Assembly (NCBI GenBank): GCA_034520965.1 | Contig: JAXHMY010000003.1 | Location: forward strand, 192,001-256,000 | Source: Spirochaetia bacterium | GTDB lineage: Bacteria; Spirochaetota; Spirochaetia; DSM-16054; Sediminispirochaetaceae | DNA: 64,000 nucleotides | Reading direction: 5' to 3' | Shown: piece by piece, positions 30,456 to 41,264 of the stretch | How positions within the stretch are numbered: position 1 is the stretch's first letter | Layout of the letters: each line of letters begins with the position of its first letter | The notes under the pieces: generated by a model | Told to the model about the DNA's origin: nothing | The model's input: only the letters and a program-made list of their open reading frames with translations | The model's database searches: none | Program-made: the position numbers and the translations under genes

Positions 30456-31664
30456 TTATTCCATGTGAGCAATTAGCGCATCGGCAAATTCGCTGCTCGA
30501 AACCTGTGTAGAACCTTCCATCATACGGGCAAAGTCGTAGGTTACCTGTTTGTCCCTGATCGCACCGGTCATTCCTTTTTCAATCAAATCAGCCACTTCA
30601 TTCCAACCCAAATATTCAAACATAAGCCGCCCGGACAGAATCAGAGAACTGGGATTGACCTTGTCTTGTCCTGCGTATTTTGGAGCGGTACCGTGGGTTG
30701 CCTCAAAAAGTGCATGTCCAGTTTCAGAGTTGATATTTGCACCCGGTGCAATTCCAATACCGCCCACCTGTGCTGCAAGGGCATCGGACATGTAATCGCC
30801 GTTCAGATTCATGGTAGCAATTACCTCAAACTCATCGGCCCGGGTAAGGATTTGCTGCAGAAATGCATCTGCAATAGCATCTTTTATAAGAATTTTGCCA
30901 TTGGGTACATTGCCCCCGCACTCTTCCCAGCTCACTACCTGGTCTGCAAACTCCCGTTTTGCCAACTCATAGCCCCATTCACGAAAGGCCCCTTCTGTAT
31001 ACTTCATTATGTTTCCCTTGTGCACCAGGGTCACACTCTTTCTTCCATGTTCGATCGCATATTCAATAGCCGCGCGCACCAAACGCTCGGTGCCGGTTCG
31101 GCTAATGGGTTTAATTCCAATTCCGGAGTCGGAACGTATTTCCCACCCAAACTCTTCTTTTAGGAATTTAATTAGGGTTGCGGTTTGGGCTTCTCCGGCC
31201 TTCAATTCCAAACCTGCATAGACATCTTCAGTATTTTCACGGAATACGACCATATCAACCTTCTCCGGCTGCTTTACCGGTGAGGGGATACCAGGGTAGT
31301 GCTTCACCGGGCGTAAACAGACATACAGGTCAAGCTGCTGCCGTAAAGAAACATTCAAACTGCGAAACCCGCCCCCTACCGGTGTGGTAAGTGGACCCTT
31401 AATCGCAACCAGGTACTCACGAATAGTGTCTAAAGTATCCTTCGGAAGCCACTCACCAGTTTTGTTGTATCCTTTTTCACCGGCATACACTTCTTTCCAC
31501 TGCACCTTACGCTTTCCGCCATAGGCTTTTTCCACTGCTGCATCAAAGACCTTACGGGATGCCGGCCAGATATCTACACCGATTCCGTCACCTTCTATAT
31601 ACGGAATTACCGGTTGATCCGGAACCTGCAAACCCTGTTCAGTTTTCAATATTTTATCGTTCAC
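30456..31664 (-). CDS. icd: NADP-dependent isocitrate dehydrogenase
   Basis: [42 protein letters not shown]. Confidence 0.97.
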   Translation of the reverse strand: MNDKILKTEQGLQVPDQPVIPYIEGDGIGVDIWPASRKVFDAAVEKAYGGKRKVQWKEVYAGEKGYNKTGEWLPKDTLDTIREYLVAIKGPLTTPVGGGFRSLNVSLRQQLDLYVCLRPVKHYPGIPSPVKQPEKVDMVVFRENTEDVYAGLELKAGEAQTATLIKFLKEEFGWEIRSDSGIGIKPISRTGTERLVRAAIEYAIEHGRKSVTLVHKGNIMKYTEGAFREWGYELAKREFADQVVSWEECGGNVPNGKILIKDAIADAFLQQILTRADEFEVIATMNLNGDYMSDALAAQVGGIGIAPGANINSETGHALFEATHGTAPKYAGQDKVNPSSLILSGRLMFEYLGWNEVADLIEKGMTGAIRDKQVTYDFARMMEGSTQVSSSEFADALIAHME

Positions 31665-31753
31665 TTATATCCCCCTTTCACTGAAAAGTGAGTGTACCAA
31701 AACCTGTCCTTCTTGCAAACCCTTAAAGGCTATGTTACTATCGCTATACTACA

Positions 31754-32851
31754 ATGAAAAAGCATATTTTATACGTCACTCCAATAATAACAGTACTTAT
31801 AGTAACAACATTTTTAACTGGATGCCCCACATCCCGCACAGTTGTTTCTCCAGCAAACCGCTACTTTATTGTCGGCACCTCTGAGCAACAAAAAGAGCTA
31901 AGGCTTTTATTTCATGATCTTGATACCCAGACCGAAAAGCCTGAAAGCCGGTTCATTATAATCCAGGAAATTACCAAAAAATTGCGTGCCGCCGACAGGC
32001 CGAATTTACTCAACCTATTTTTAACGACCTATGTGGAAAATAATAAAACAGATCCCTACAATGGCTATTACCTTTTGATTGTGGCTCAGAATTATTTGAG
32101 TGAGGGGGCCGAGCCGTTTGCGGTTCAGTACTTCGAGCGCATATTAAAAAACCATATCGATCTTGAAGTAAATGGAAACACCATCCACTTCATCTGTCTG
32201 AAAAATCTCATCCGCCTGGTGGATGAACCTGAATTGAAAGTAAATTACTATAAAAAATTGATCTCACAATTCAGTGATAAAATCGACAATGGCTCCACTT
32301 ATTATTTCTTAGCAAAAACCTATGAAGAGTTAGGTGAATGGGACCTCGCAATACAAGCCTATCGTAATTTCCTCGGTCATCCGGAAGCCCGGGTAGCCGG
32401 AGTTCCCCATGCGCATGAGCAGGTACGCTCAATGATAGAGTTTTATGATTACCCTAACAAAAACTGGACCATGGAAAGTCTGGATGACCTGGTAAAAACA
32501 CTCAAATATGCAATGTGGACTCGTAACTCCCGAACTCTCACCCGCTACCGTGCCAAAGTAAATTTCTTCGCCATTTCTTGGGAAGAAGCACCTACCGAGG
32601 CAAATCAGAACTTTCTCTCCGGTTTAGGTGGTTTTATGGGGCAGAGAATTCACTACAACAGAGAACTCGATCGTGATTCCAACACCCGCGAGGCGTATCT
32701 CCGAACATGGGGTTGGTCATATCGTATTAAAACCTGGTATCTCTATTTTCGCCGGGTTCACTTCCCAGCCGATCCGGAGATTCACGGCCAATGGGAATGG
32801 GCGGGTATATACTTTGGTGAAAAACCGTTTACCGGAACTGATACACCTTAA
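31754..32851 (+). CDS. TPR lipoprotein (spirochaete conserved)
   Basis: LTGC lipobox, TPRs, aromatic C-terminus GWSYRIKTWYLYFR...WEWAGIYFGE; promoter TTGCAA-17-TACTAT at 31713-31741. Confidence 0.75.
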   Translation: MKKHILYVTPIITVLIVTTFLTGCPTSRTVVSPANRYFIVGTSEQQKELRLLFHDLDTQTEKPESRFIIIQEITKKLRAADRPNLLNLFLTTYVENNKTDPYNGYYLLIVAQNYLSEGAEPFAVQYFERILKNHIDLEVNGNTIHFICLKNLIRLVDEPELKVNYYKKLISQFSDKIDNGSTYYFLAKTYEELGEWDLAIQAYRNFLGHPEARVAGVPHAHEQVRSMIEFYDYPNKNWTMESLDDLVKTLKYAMWTRNSRTLTRYRAKVNFFAISWEEAPTEANQNFLSGLGGFMGQRIHYNRELDRDSNTREAYLRTWGWSYRIKTWYLYFRRVHFPADPEIHGQWEWAGIYFGEKPFTGTDTP

Positions 32852-32875
32852 GGCTAGGGCTTACAGAGTCGATAA
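32849..32875 (+). promoter_or_regulatory. Probable sigma28-type promoter
   Basis: TAAG-N15-GTCGATAA, 10 nt before ATG 32886. Confidence 0.45.
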
Positions 32876-32885
32876 ATGAAGTGAG

Positions 32886-33773
32886 ATGAATACAATAATC
32901 AGACTCGCTGCTTTTTCTCTGTTATTCGGCTTTCTTTTCTGTAGTACCGGATTGAATGCCGCCGAACACTCTCTTTCTACCGGCGACGGAGCAGTTGAAA
33001 GCAGCAGCCAAGTAGACTGGCAAAAGGGCACATTTATTCTTACAGTCAGCTATCGCTCTGATCAGGCAGGAATTCCCTTACCTGGACAGCGCTCGAAGGC
33101 GGAGGCTGCCTTCCGTCGTCATCTTCCCGCTTTGTTTGTAGAAGAAATTTCGAAGGTAAAAATCGACTCCCGCAGAAGCATAGCTAAGGCAATTGTAGAG
33201 TCGCCAACTTTAGCCGCCGAGTTCCAGAAGCTCTCAGCCACTGGAAAAATCGTCTCTTCGTATTTCACCGACAATTTTTCTGAGTTCCGACGCATCTATC
33301 ACTATGACATCTATCCCCAGATTGCCTCAGTATTTATCACACATACCCGCAGCAGCTCGCAGACAGAAGAGCTCACGTATGTGGCCGGCGGCCGCTACTC
33401 CGGTATTGTAATATATGTAAATGACCCTTTGGAAATTTTCGGAACCCACACCAAGGGCAGCCTCGAGCCGGCAATCTTTCCCCGGGTGTATAATGAAAAT
33501 ACTGATCTTCTGATTGATATGCGAATGCTGGACCCGGAGGCCTTAAGGGCAACGGGAATGCTCCGTTATTACCACACCTCCCAGTTAGATGCAATTCAAT
33601 CGCGGGTTGGCGAAGTACCCATGTACGTACATGCCACTGCTCTGTTCGGAGTGCACTCCTCCGACCTGATTGTCTCCCGGCGAGCAGCCCTAAAAATCAA
33701 AGCGAGCCGTCATACCCTCTCGCTTATCAAAGAAGGAAAGATAGCAATAGTCTCAGAAACCCGACTGCGTTGA
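32886..33773 (+). CDS. Exported hypothetical protein
   Basis: 295-aa ORF with signal peptide; YSGIVIY..LEPAIFPRVY motif. Confidence 0.7.
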   Translation: MNTIIRLAAFSLLFGFLFCSTGLNAAEHSLSTGDGAVESSSQVDWQKGTFILTVSYRSDQAGIPLPGQRSKAEAAFRRHLPALFVEEISKVKIDSRRSIAKAIVESPTLAAEFQKLSATGKIVSSYFTDNFSEFRRIYHYDIYPQIASVFITHTRSSSQTEELTYVAGGRYSGIVIYVNDPLEIFGTHTKGSLEPAIFPRVYNENTDLLIDMRMLDPEALRATGMLRYYHTSQLDAIQSRVGEVPMYVHATALFGVHSSDLIVSRRAALKIKASRHTLSLIKEGKIAIVSETRLR

Positions 33774-33817
33774 CTTTACCCCCCTTTCCGGGCTATATAT
33801 CGTAAAGGGAGGTTTCA

Positions 33818-35134
33818 ATGGCTTGTAGGCAAAATAACTTAAAAAATTATTATATATCTCTTCTTGTCATGGCGGGAGCTTTGCTTTTTAGCACATGTTC
33901 AGGAGGTTCAATTGGTTATGGCGTGGTACTTCTTTCTCCCGACACCAATGCTATAGAAACCGGGGCTCTCGTAGAAATAAAAAAAGAGTCCGATATTAGT
34001 GATACGTACACCGTGGGCTACCCCGATTCTCAGGAAACCTATAAAATCGACAGATGGCGCGTTGAGTCTTTTGAGGAAAGGAGCGCCGCTGCATCACGAG
34101 CCGAAGAATATAAACAGTATAAAAATTTGTTTGCCCGCAATTTGCGGGATGGTCTGGCTGTCCGGGAGCAAGCGGATATAAGTGCCGATCGGGTATATAA
34201 ATTACGTAAAGAGCAAGAGTTAAAAATAATTGAGAAGACTGATACACAGGAACAAATCGGAGGTCATGACGGGGTCTGGTATAAGGTAATGACTAAGGAC
34301 GGAACCCAAGGCTACTCCTTCGATTATTATTTGAATGTCTTTGATATCACCGCCGAGCCTGAAGAACAGCAGGGGCCCGACCTGACCATACTCCGAGAAA
34401 CCCTTGAAAAGAGCTTTCATCCCGAGAATTTTAAGGAGATGCAGGAAAAACAACAGATTGATTTGGAACGCTTCAGCTCTGACTACGGCTTATTCAGTGA
34501 TATGGCTACCCAGTCTATTACCATCCGCCTATATAACATGACTCACTCTTTCGAATATGATGAGATAAAACGAATCAATGAGAAGCGCTATGCATTCATA
34601 CCCAGTGAACTTGAAATAATTATTCACTCTGAGGATAGAGTTCAAGCAATATTCAGCCAAGAAGATAAAACCTATGATCCTGCTTTTATTCACATGACAA
34701 ATGAAGAGGTCGCCGAGATACGGGAAACGGAACAGGAACGACGTGCGGAGCTGTATGCCGAACTGGTAAACAGTGGACCTCTGTTCACTAGTAATGCGTA
34801 TGGCGAAATTGAGTTTATGGAAGAGAGACAATTCGTATGGCGCCGTATAGAGCGCTTGGTACCGTCAATAGTTCCGTACAGCTCCTATCGTGAAGGTAGA
34901 GTGAGTATGGAATACTTCTTATCTAGTGAACTCAGGCCCAGCTACACAGGGGTACTATCATTTGTATTTGACCAAGGCCCCGACTCTCCGGTATTTTTTC
35001 TGTACACACTGGAGCAGAATGCACTCCGGCTTGAATATATACCTGAACGCAACATAGAGGAGAAAGTTGTACAGCAACGCAGCTCTTCGCGACTCATCAT
35101 GGCTTTTTTCGGCCAAACTCCGGGTTCTTTCTAA
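33818..35134 (+). CDS. SH3-domain exported protein/lipoprotein
   Basis: SD GGAGG, FSTC lipobox-like, SH3b-like GLAVREQAD...WYKVMTKDGTQGY. Confidence 0.75.
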   Translation: MACRQNNLKNYYISLLVMAGALLFSTCSGGSIGYGVVLLSPDTNAIETGALVEIKKESDISDTYTVGYPDSQETYKIDRWRVESFEERSAAASRAEEYKQYKNLFARNLRDGLAVREQADISADRVYKLRKEQELKIIEKTDTQEQIGGHDGVWYKVMTKDGTQGYSFDYYLNVFDITAEPEEQQGPDLTILRETLEKSFHPENFKEMQEKQQIDLERFSSDYGLFSDMATQSITIRLYNMTHSFEYDEIKRINEKRYAFIPSELEIIIHSEDRVQAIFSQEDKTYDPAFIHMTNEEVAEIRETEQERRAELYAELVNSGPLFTSNAYGEIEFMEERQFVWRRIERLVPSIVPYSSYREGRVSMEYFLSSELRPSYTGVLSFVFDQGPDSPVFFLYTLEQNALRLEYIPERNIEEKVVQQRSSSRLIMAFFGQTPGSF

Positions 35135-35140
35135 ACAAAT

Positions 35141-37108
35141 ATGAAAACAATTCAAGCATCGGATATTCAACTCGCGTTTAGCGATCATACCGTTTTAAAA
35201 AACGTCCAACTCACCCTCACTACAAAAAGCCGTGCCGCCCTTACCGGAGGAAACGGAAGTGGTAAATCAACCCTAATGAAAATCATCAGTGGTGATATGC
35301 ACCCTGATATGGGTACCATTGCAGTTCAGAAAGGAACTAGGGCTTCGTACTTACCCCAGAGTGGTAAGAAATTTTCCGGTAACTCCTCCCTCTATCAAGA
35401 GGCCGAAACCGCTTTTTCCGAACTCCATCTGCTGGTAGATGAGAAAGAGCAGATTGGAAACCAACTCAGCAAGGTAACAAGTGATGATAAATATACCCAA
35501 AATCTGCTTGAACGGCAGCACGACATTGAAGAGCGCCTCCTGACAAGCGATTATTACAATCGGGAAAAAGAAATTGAGCAGGTATTAATCGGGCTGGGCT
35601 TTACACGAGCCGATTTCCAGAAAAACTGCGAACAGTTTTCCGGAGGCTGGCAAATGCGTATTGCCCTCGCAAAGATACTGCTCGAACACCCCGACATTTT
35701 GCTGCTGGATGAACCGACCAACTACCTCGACCTTGAAGCCCGCAACTGGCTGGAAGATTTTCTGCGAAACTACCAGGGGGGCTTCTTAATCGTATCTCAC
35801 GACCGCTTTTTTCTTGATAGTACAGTCGACGAGACCTACGAACTCTTTATGGGAAGCCTGCGCCGCTATCCCGGTAACTACTCGGCCTACCAAAAACGGC
35901 GGGAACAGGAGATCGTCGAACTTCAGCAGCAATACGAACGGCAGCAGGAAGAGATAGCCCGGGTCAACGCCTTTGTACAGAAGTTCCGCTATAACGCCTC
36001 GAAAGCAAGCCAGGTGCAGAGCCGCATCAAATATCTTGAGAAGCTTGAACCGATTGAGCTGCCCCAGCATATGCAGAAAATACATTTTTCCTTTCCCCCA
36101 GCCCCTCATTCCGGCAAAAAAGCACTCGAGTTAAAGGACATCAGTAAATCCTACGGTCCTAACACGGTGCTGAACAATCTTTCCCTTGAAGTGCAGCGGG
36201 GTGAGAAGCTGGTGGTAACCGGCGTGAACGGCGCCGGAAAATCGACACTTCTGAGAATCATTGCCGATGTAGATTCTCAATATCAGGGAGAAGTTCGTTA
36301 TGGTGCGGGAGTAACCGCCGGTTATTTCTCGCAGGAACAGCGGGAACTTGAAGAGAGCCCACGTTCAATTATCGATCTCTTTGAGGCCGAGGCACCCACA
36401 GAACTGGTACCCAAACTGCGTAACCTGTTGGGGGCATTTCTATTTCAGGGTGATGATATATACAAACCCATCAAGGTGCTCAGCGGAGGAGAACGCAGCC
36501 GTATAGCGCTGCTGCGGCTGCTTCTGCAGCCTCATAATCTGCTAATCCTCGATGAGCCGACCAACCACTTGGATATTCACTCGAAGGACGTACTCCTCGA
36601 AGCTCTCAAGAAGTTCGCAGGCACATTGGTATTCGTATCCCACGACCGCTACTTTATTGAACACCTGGCTACCCGGGTGCTGGAGCTGGGTACTGAAGGC
36701 CCCCGAAATTTTTCCGGTGACTATCAGTACTATCTGTATCGACTTGAAAAAGAAGCGGCACAGGACGAGCATACAGAGACATCCTCTTCGACTCCTCCGG
36801 AAGCAGCCGCTCCTTCTTTCGACATGAGCAGTGTCGGGTACGAAGAACTCAAGCAGCAAAAAAAGCGCCAGCGAAAACTGGAAGCGGAAGAACAGAAGCT
36901 AGTTGGGATGATGGAAGAGCTTGAGCAAGAACACAGTCGTATTCAGGCCGACATGGCCCTTCCCGAAGTGTATTCGCAGGCAGAAAAAATTACGCAGCTG
37001 CAGAAACGTTTGAACGAAAACGAACAGGAACAGACCCAACTTTCCGAACAATGGGAAGCGATTGCCCTGGAAAAAGAATCACTTGCCAAGGAAGCTCAGG
37101 ATCGCTGA
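35141..37108 (+). CDS. ABC-F family ATPase
   Basis: Two NBDs (GGNGSGKST/FSGGW/LDEPTN; GVNGAGKST/LSGGE/LDEPTN), no TM domain, C-terminal coiled coil. Confidence 0.92.
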   Translation: MKTIQASDIQLAFSDHTVLKNVQLTLTTKSRAALTGGNGSGKSTLMKIISGDMHPDMGTIAVQKGTRASYLPQSGKKFSGNSSLYQEAETAFSELHLLVDEKEQIGNQLSKVTSDDKYTQNLLERQHDIEERLLTSDYYNREKEIEQVLIGLGFTRADFQKNCEQFSGGWQMRIALAKILLEHPDILLLDEPTNYLDLEARNWLEDFLRNYQGGFLIVSHDRFFLDSTVDETYELFMGSLRRYPGNYSAYQKRREQEIVELQQQYERQQEEIARVNAFVQKFRYNASKASQVQSRIKYLEKLEPIELPQHMQKIHFSFPPAPHSGKKALELKDISKSYGPNTVLNNLSLEVQRGEKLVVTGVNGAGKSTLLRIIADVDSQYQGEVRYGAGVTAGYFSQEQRELEESPRSIIDLFEAEAPTELVPKLRNLLGAFLFQGDDIYKPIKVLSGGERSRIALLRLLLQPHNLLILDEPTNHLDIHSKDVLLEALKKFAGTLVFVSHDRYFIEHLATRVLELGTEGPRNFSGDYQYYLYRLEKEAAQDEHTETSSSTPPEAAAPSFDMSSVGYEELKQQKKRQRKLEAEEQKLVGMMEELEQEHSRIQADMALPEVYSQAEKITQLQKRLNENEQEQTQLSEQWEAIALEKESLAKEAQDR

Positions 37109-37344
37109 TGAAGTATACCAAGCGCAACCGTCCGATACTGGTAAAAATGTTGTTTCTCTCGCTTTTGATCGGTACTTTTGCATGGGACCTCTTTGAGCGA
37201 CTGCTGAGCTACGCGGAGATGCCCGTGCACATTGCAATTGGTCCGGTTGGTTTTGATCTGCTGGTCATTTCCTGCTATGTGTATCTAAATCCGGGCACCC
37301 TGTTTGGACTTGTGGCAGCAATCGTTCTATTCAGGAGGTTATAA
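37108..37344 (+). CDS. Small membrane protein
   Basis: TGATG coupling with the ABC-F stop; hydrophobic 78 aa. Confidence 0.6.
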   Translation: MKYTKRNRPILVKMLFLSLLIGTFAWDLFERLLSYAEMPVHIAIGPVGFDLLVISCYVYLNPGTLFGLVAAIVLFRRL

Positions 37345-37940
37345 TGCCTAGCCTTGTACTGGCTTCTAGCTCACCCCGCAGACAGACACTTTTAACTAAT
37401 CTCGGCCTCCCCTTTTCAACGGCCCCCTCCGAGTATGAGGAGCAGTTTGACGATCGGCCGCCCCGTATTCAAGCCCTTTATTTAGCACAGCAAAAGGTTG
37501 CGCACCTCCTCAGCCATTCTCCCGAACACAAAGGCGCCCTGGTACTTGGTGCCGACACCTGCATCGATGTGGATGGGAAGATCCTCGGCAAACCCTCCGA
37601 CCGTCACACCGCGCGTCGGTATCTTCAGCAATTAGGCGGTCGGGCCCACAAAGTTATCACAGCCCTATCCTTATGGGACGGACCCGCTGGAGTGTTCCTT
37701 AACGAGGCCGAAACCACCACAATACAGTTTGCAGCTCTCGATTCCCGTGAAATCGAATGGTATTTGGATACGGAGGAATGGAAAGGAGCAGCCGGCGCTT
37801 ACCGCATTCAAGGCCGGGCAAGCCTATTTGTACACCGTATTGAGGGCTGCTACTTTAACGTCATGGGGTTGCCAATTCACCGCTTTTATGGCATGTTACA
37901 AACTCAGGGATACGATCTTTTTGAAATCGTATCCCCGTAA
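37344..37940 (+). CDS. maf: Maf nucleotide pyrophosphatase
   Basis: LASSSPRR, GADT, GKP, AGAYRIQG, NVMGLP. Confidence 0.93.
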   Translation: MPSLVLASSSPRRQTLLTNLGLPFSTAPSEYEEQFDDRPPRIQALYLAQQKVAHLLSHSPEHKGALVLGADTCIDVDGKILGKPSDRHTARRYLQQLGGRAHKVITALSLWDGPAGVFLNEAETTTIQFAALDSREIEWYLDTEEWKGAAGAYRIQGRASLFVHRIEGCYFNVMGLPIHRFYGMLQTQGYDLFEIVSP

Positions 37941-37977
37941 TCTTCCACCGTTAATGGTGAGAAATAAGAGAAGGACC

Positions 37978-38023
37978 GACGGATGCATAGAGCGAGGTAC
38001 GTTGTACCTCAATGCTGACCGTC
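37978..38023 (+). promoter_or_regulatory. Structured rpsB 5' leader (putative S2 autoregulatory element)
   Basis: Nested stems GACGG/CCGTC, GCAT/ATGC, GAGGTAC/GTACCTC just upstream of SD AAGGAGG and the TTG start. Confidence 0.5.
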
Positions 38024-38043
38024 CATTTTGAAGGAGGACTCGC

Positions 38044-39045
38044 TTGTCTGTAGTAACAATGAAAAGCCTGCTTGAATCAGGCGTACATTTTGGACACCAG
38101 ACCAAACGCTGGGATCCCCGTATGAAGAAGTATATCTTCGCCGAACGTAACGGGATCCACATTATCGATCTGCAAAAGACTATCGTTTCAATTAAAGAGG
38201 CGTACGATCTTATCCGTGAACAGGTAAAAGCCGGTAAATCGGTACTGTTTGTCGGAACAAAAAAACAGGCCCAACAGGCTATTGAGCGCGAAGCTCAACG
38301 CTGCGGCATGTTTTACGTAAGTAACCGCTGGCTTGGCGGAATGCTAACCAACTTTTCTACCATTAAAAAATCGATCCACCGCCTTAAAAAAATTGAGAAG
38401 ATGGAAATCGATGGTACTTTTGAAAGCCTCACCAAAAAAGAGGTTTCCCGTCTTAACAAAGAACGACAGCGCTTAGAGAAAAACTTGGGCGGTATCAAGG
38501 ATATGAAGGAATTGCCGGGAGCAATCTTTATCATCGATACCCGCAAAGAAGGTATTGCGGTAGCCGAAGCGAAACGAATGGGCATTCCAATCGTTTCAGT
38601 TGTAGACACTAACTGTGACCCCACCGATATTGACTACCCAATCCCCGGTAACGACGATGCCATTCGGGCTATTTCCCTGTTTACTAAGGTAATTGCCGAT
38701 GCAGTAATCGATGCTGATAATGAAATCGGAATTCAGATTATTGAAACCCTACAGGATGAAGATGAAACCGAACAGGCCCAGGAGAAACCTCCGAAGCAGG
38801 AAGAAGAGCAGCAGTTCGAGGACTTTGAAACGGTGAGTGTTGGCGAAGTAGTCAAAGATAGTTCAGAAGAAACTGAAGCACAAGCTCCCGAAGCAGAAGC
38901 TAACTTTTCTGCCGAGGAATACTCAAACTACACCCCCGAATCTCAGGAAAAGAAAGAAGAAAAACCTGCCGAGCCGGAGAAAACTCTGGCCGAGGAAACT
39001 GAGAAAGAGCTGTTGGAAGAAGAAGATAAACTCTTCGAAGAATAG
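38044..39045 (+). CDS. rpsB: 30S ribosomal protein S2 with long acidic tail
   Basis: [26 protein letters not shown]. Confidence 0.98.
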   Translation: MSVVTMKSLLESGVHFGHQTKRWDPRMKKYIFAERNGIHIIDLQKTIVSIKEAYDLIREQVKAGKSVLFVGTKKQAQQAIEREAQRCGMFYVSNRWLGGMLTNFSTIKKSIHRLKKIEKMEIDGTFESLTKKEVSRLNKERQRLEKNLGGIKDMKELPGAIFIIDTRKEGIAVAEAKRMGIPIVSVVDTNCDPTDIDYPIPGNDDAIRAISLFTKVIADAVIDADNEIGIQIIETLQDEDETEQAQEKPPKQEEEQQFEDFETVSVGEVVKDSSEETEAQAPEAEANFSAEEYSNYTPESQEKKEEKPAEPEKTLAEETEKELLEEEDKLFEE

Positions 39046-39066
39046 ATTAAATCAAAGGAGATAAGC

Positions 39067-39909
39067 GTGGAAATTAAAGCTGTCGATGTGAAAAAACTAC
39101 GCGATAAAACCGGCGCCGGAATGCTGGATTGCAAAAAAGCCTTGAAAGAGGCTGAAGGAGACTTTTCGAAAGCCGAAAAGTACCTCAAAGAACTCGGACT
39201 TGCCGCCGCTGCGAAACGCAGCGGCCGAGCTACCAATGAAGGTCGAATATTCACAAAAATTGGTGATTCAATAGCAACTGTTCTTGAACTCGCCTGCGAG
39301 ACGGACTTCGTTGCCCGCAATAAAGATTTTATTGCACTTGGAGAAGATATCGCCGATACCATCCTTGCGAAGGGTCTCACAGAGAAGACTCCGGAGCTTG
39401 ATGAAAAGGTGAAAGACACCATCAGCACCATTAAAGAGAACATGGAGCTGCGCCGTTTCACCACAATGCCTATTGCCGAAAAAGAACTGGTGAGTGCATA
39501 TACCCACGGCGAAGGTACAATTGGTGTTTTGGTAAAATTCGAGGCTGATTCACCATCAGTACTTGAAAACGATGCAGTCAAAGAGTTTGCCTTCGATTGT
39601 GCCCTGCACATTGCGGCCTTTAATCCGCTCTTTCTTGACAGAAACAGTGTGAATGCCGCCTATAAGGAAGAGCAGGAAGCCATTTTCCGCAAGCAGGCGG
39701 AAAACCTCGGCAAACCCGAAAAAGTAATTGATGGAATAGTGAAAGGTAAAATGAACAAACATTTTGCAGAAAACTGTCTGCTTGACCAGGGTTTTGTAAA
39801 AGAAGAAAAATTGAGTGTCGCTAAAAAGATGGAAGAAATTGCCAAGCAGGCAGGCGGAAGTCTTAAGCTCACTAATTTTGTATATTATAAAGTTGGTGAG
39901 GAATCATAA
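39067..39909 (+). CDS. tsf: Elongation factor Ts
   Basis: LRDKTGAGMLDCKKAL, CETDFVA. Confidence 0.98.
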   Translation: MEIKAVDVKKLRDKTGAGMLDCKKALKEAEGDFSKAEKYLKELGLAAAAKRSGRATNEGRIFTKIGDSIATVLELACETDFVARNKDFIALGEDIADTILAKGLTEKTPELDEKVKDTISTIKENMELRRFTTMPIAEKELVSAYTHGEGTIGVLVKFEADSPSVLENDAVKEFAFDCALHIAAFNPLFLDRNSVNAAYKEEQEAIFRKQAENLGKPEKVIDGIVKGKMNKHFAENCLLDQGFVKEEKLSVAKKMEEIAKQAGGSLKLTNFVYYKVGEES

Positions 39910-39925
39910 TTTCCGATTTTGATAT

Positions 39926-39960
39926 GACCGCTCGCAGGTAATTCTACGGGCGGTCTTTTT
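39926..39960 (+). terminator. Intrinsic terminator after tsf
   Basis: GACCGCTCG...CGGGCGGTC followed by a T tract. Confidence 0.65.
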
Positions 39961-39984
39961 ATAAGGAAATATAAGGAGTAAAGC

Positions 39985-40539
39985 ATGCAAACTACAATTA
40001 AGGATGCTGAAAGCAGAATGAAAAAGAGTGTTGCAACGCTGGAAGATGAGTTCAATTCGATGCGTACCGGAAGAGCCTCAGCCTCTCTGTTTGAACGAAT
40101 TAAAGTAAATTATTACGGTCAGCCTACCCCACTTAATCAAGCTGCAACTATTTCCGTACCCGAAGCACGACTGGTTGTAATTCAGCCGTGGGATAAAAGC
40201 CTGTTAAATGAGATTGAAAAGGCGATCCAGAAATCTGAGCTTTCAGTAAATCCCAGCAACGATGGAAAGGTCATCCGAATTCAAATTCCGCCTCTGACCG
40301 AAGACCGCCGTAAAGAACTGGTAAAGTTCGCCAAAAACACCGCAGAACAGAGTCGTGTCGCTGTCCGCAACATACGACGAGATGCGAATGAGGATCTTAA
40401 GAAACAGATGAAAAACGGCGACATCAGCGAAGATGAAGAAAAACGCGGAACCGATGAAGTGCAAAAAATTACCGATACACATATTGAACAGATTAACTCG
40501 CTGCTCGAAGTGAAAGAACAGGAGATAATGGAGGTATAG
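39985..40539 (+). CDS. frr: Ribosome recycling factor
   Basis: RTGRA, PPLTEDRRKEL, RNIRRD. Confidence 0.98.
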   Translation: MQTTIKDAESRMKKSVATLEDEFNSMRTGRASASLFERIKVNYYGQPTPLNQAATISVPEARLVVIQPWDKSLLNEIEKAIQKSELSVNPSNDGKVIRIQIPPLTEDRRKELVKFAKNTAEQSRVAVRNIRRDANEDLKKQMKNGDISEDEEKRGTDEVQKITDTHIEQINSLLEVKEQEIMEV

Positions 40540-41264
40540 TGGCTACTGAAGGTCATACTCCACGTAAATCTTCTAAACTACCTCAGCATATCGGTATCAT
40601 AATGGACGGAAATGGCCGCTGGGCCGAACAACGAGGAAAACCTCGAACTTTTGGTCATAGCAGCGGGACTGAAGCTGCAAAACGGGTAATTAAGGCGGCC
40701 ATCGATTTAGGAATCTCCTATATCACCCTATACACATTTTCTACTGAGAATTGGAGCCGCTCAACCAAGGAAGTTAATTTTTTAATGAAGCTTCTGCGGC
40801 AGCATCTGCGCCGGGATTCCAATTTTTATCATTCAAATGAAATAAAAGTATTACATGCCGGTGCATTGGAAGGACTTCCACAAGAGATTCAAAAAGAGCT
40901 GCTCCATGCACAAGAGACTACCAGAGAATATAAGGCCATAACCACTATTTTAGCGATTAATTATGGTGGAAGAGATGAAATTGTGAGGGCGGTAAATAAA
41001 TGGCACAAAAAAATAACTGATCCGGAACAGAAAATTACCATTGAAGAAATAGGCTCCCATCTTGATAATCCGGATGTTCCCGATCCCGACCTTATAATAC
41101 GAACTGCCGGGGAGATGCGATTGAGTAATTTCCTGCTATGGGAAAGTGCATATGCCGAACTCTACTATTCACCCAAACTGTGGCCCGACTGGGATTATGA
41201 AGATCTGGCTGAGGCAGTTGAGCACTATCAAAAACGAAAGCGAAAGTTTGGCGGTACTACATGA
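40539..41264 (+). CDS. uppS: Undecaprenyl diphosphate synthase
   Basis: HIGIIMDGNGRWA, FSTENW, IRTAGEMRLSNFLLW. Confidence 0.97.
   Translation: MATEGHTPRKSSKLPQHIGIIMDGNGRWAEQRGKPRTFGHSSGTEAAKRVIKAAIDLGISYITLYTFSTENWSRSTKEVNFLMKLLRQHLRRDSNFYHSNEIKVLHAGALEGLPQEIQKELLHAQETTREYKAITTILAINYGGRDEIVRAVNKWHKKITDPEQKITIEEIGSHLDNPDVPDPDLIIRTAGEMRLSNFLLWESAYAELYYSPKLWPDWDYEDLAEAVEHYQKRKRKFGGTT

Noticed and set aside
38943..39611. Long antisense ORFs (e.g. 222 aa opposite tsf, 196 aa opposite the GGDEF gene, 183 aa opposite fumC)
   Set aside because: Shadow frames of conserved genes with no recognisable motifs.
39909..39985. Absence of pyrH between tsf and frr
   Set aside because: To my knowledge this is the usual spirochaete arrangement; no remnant is visible.
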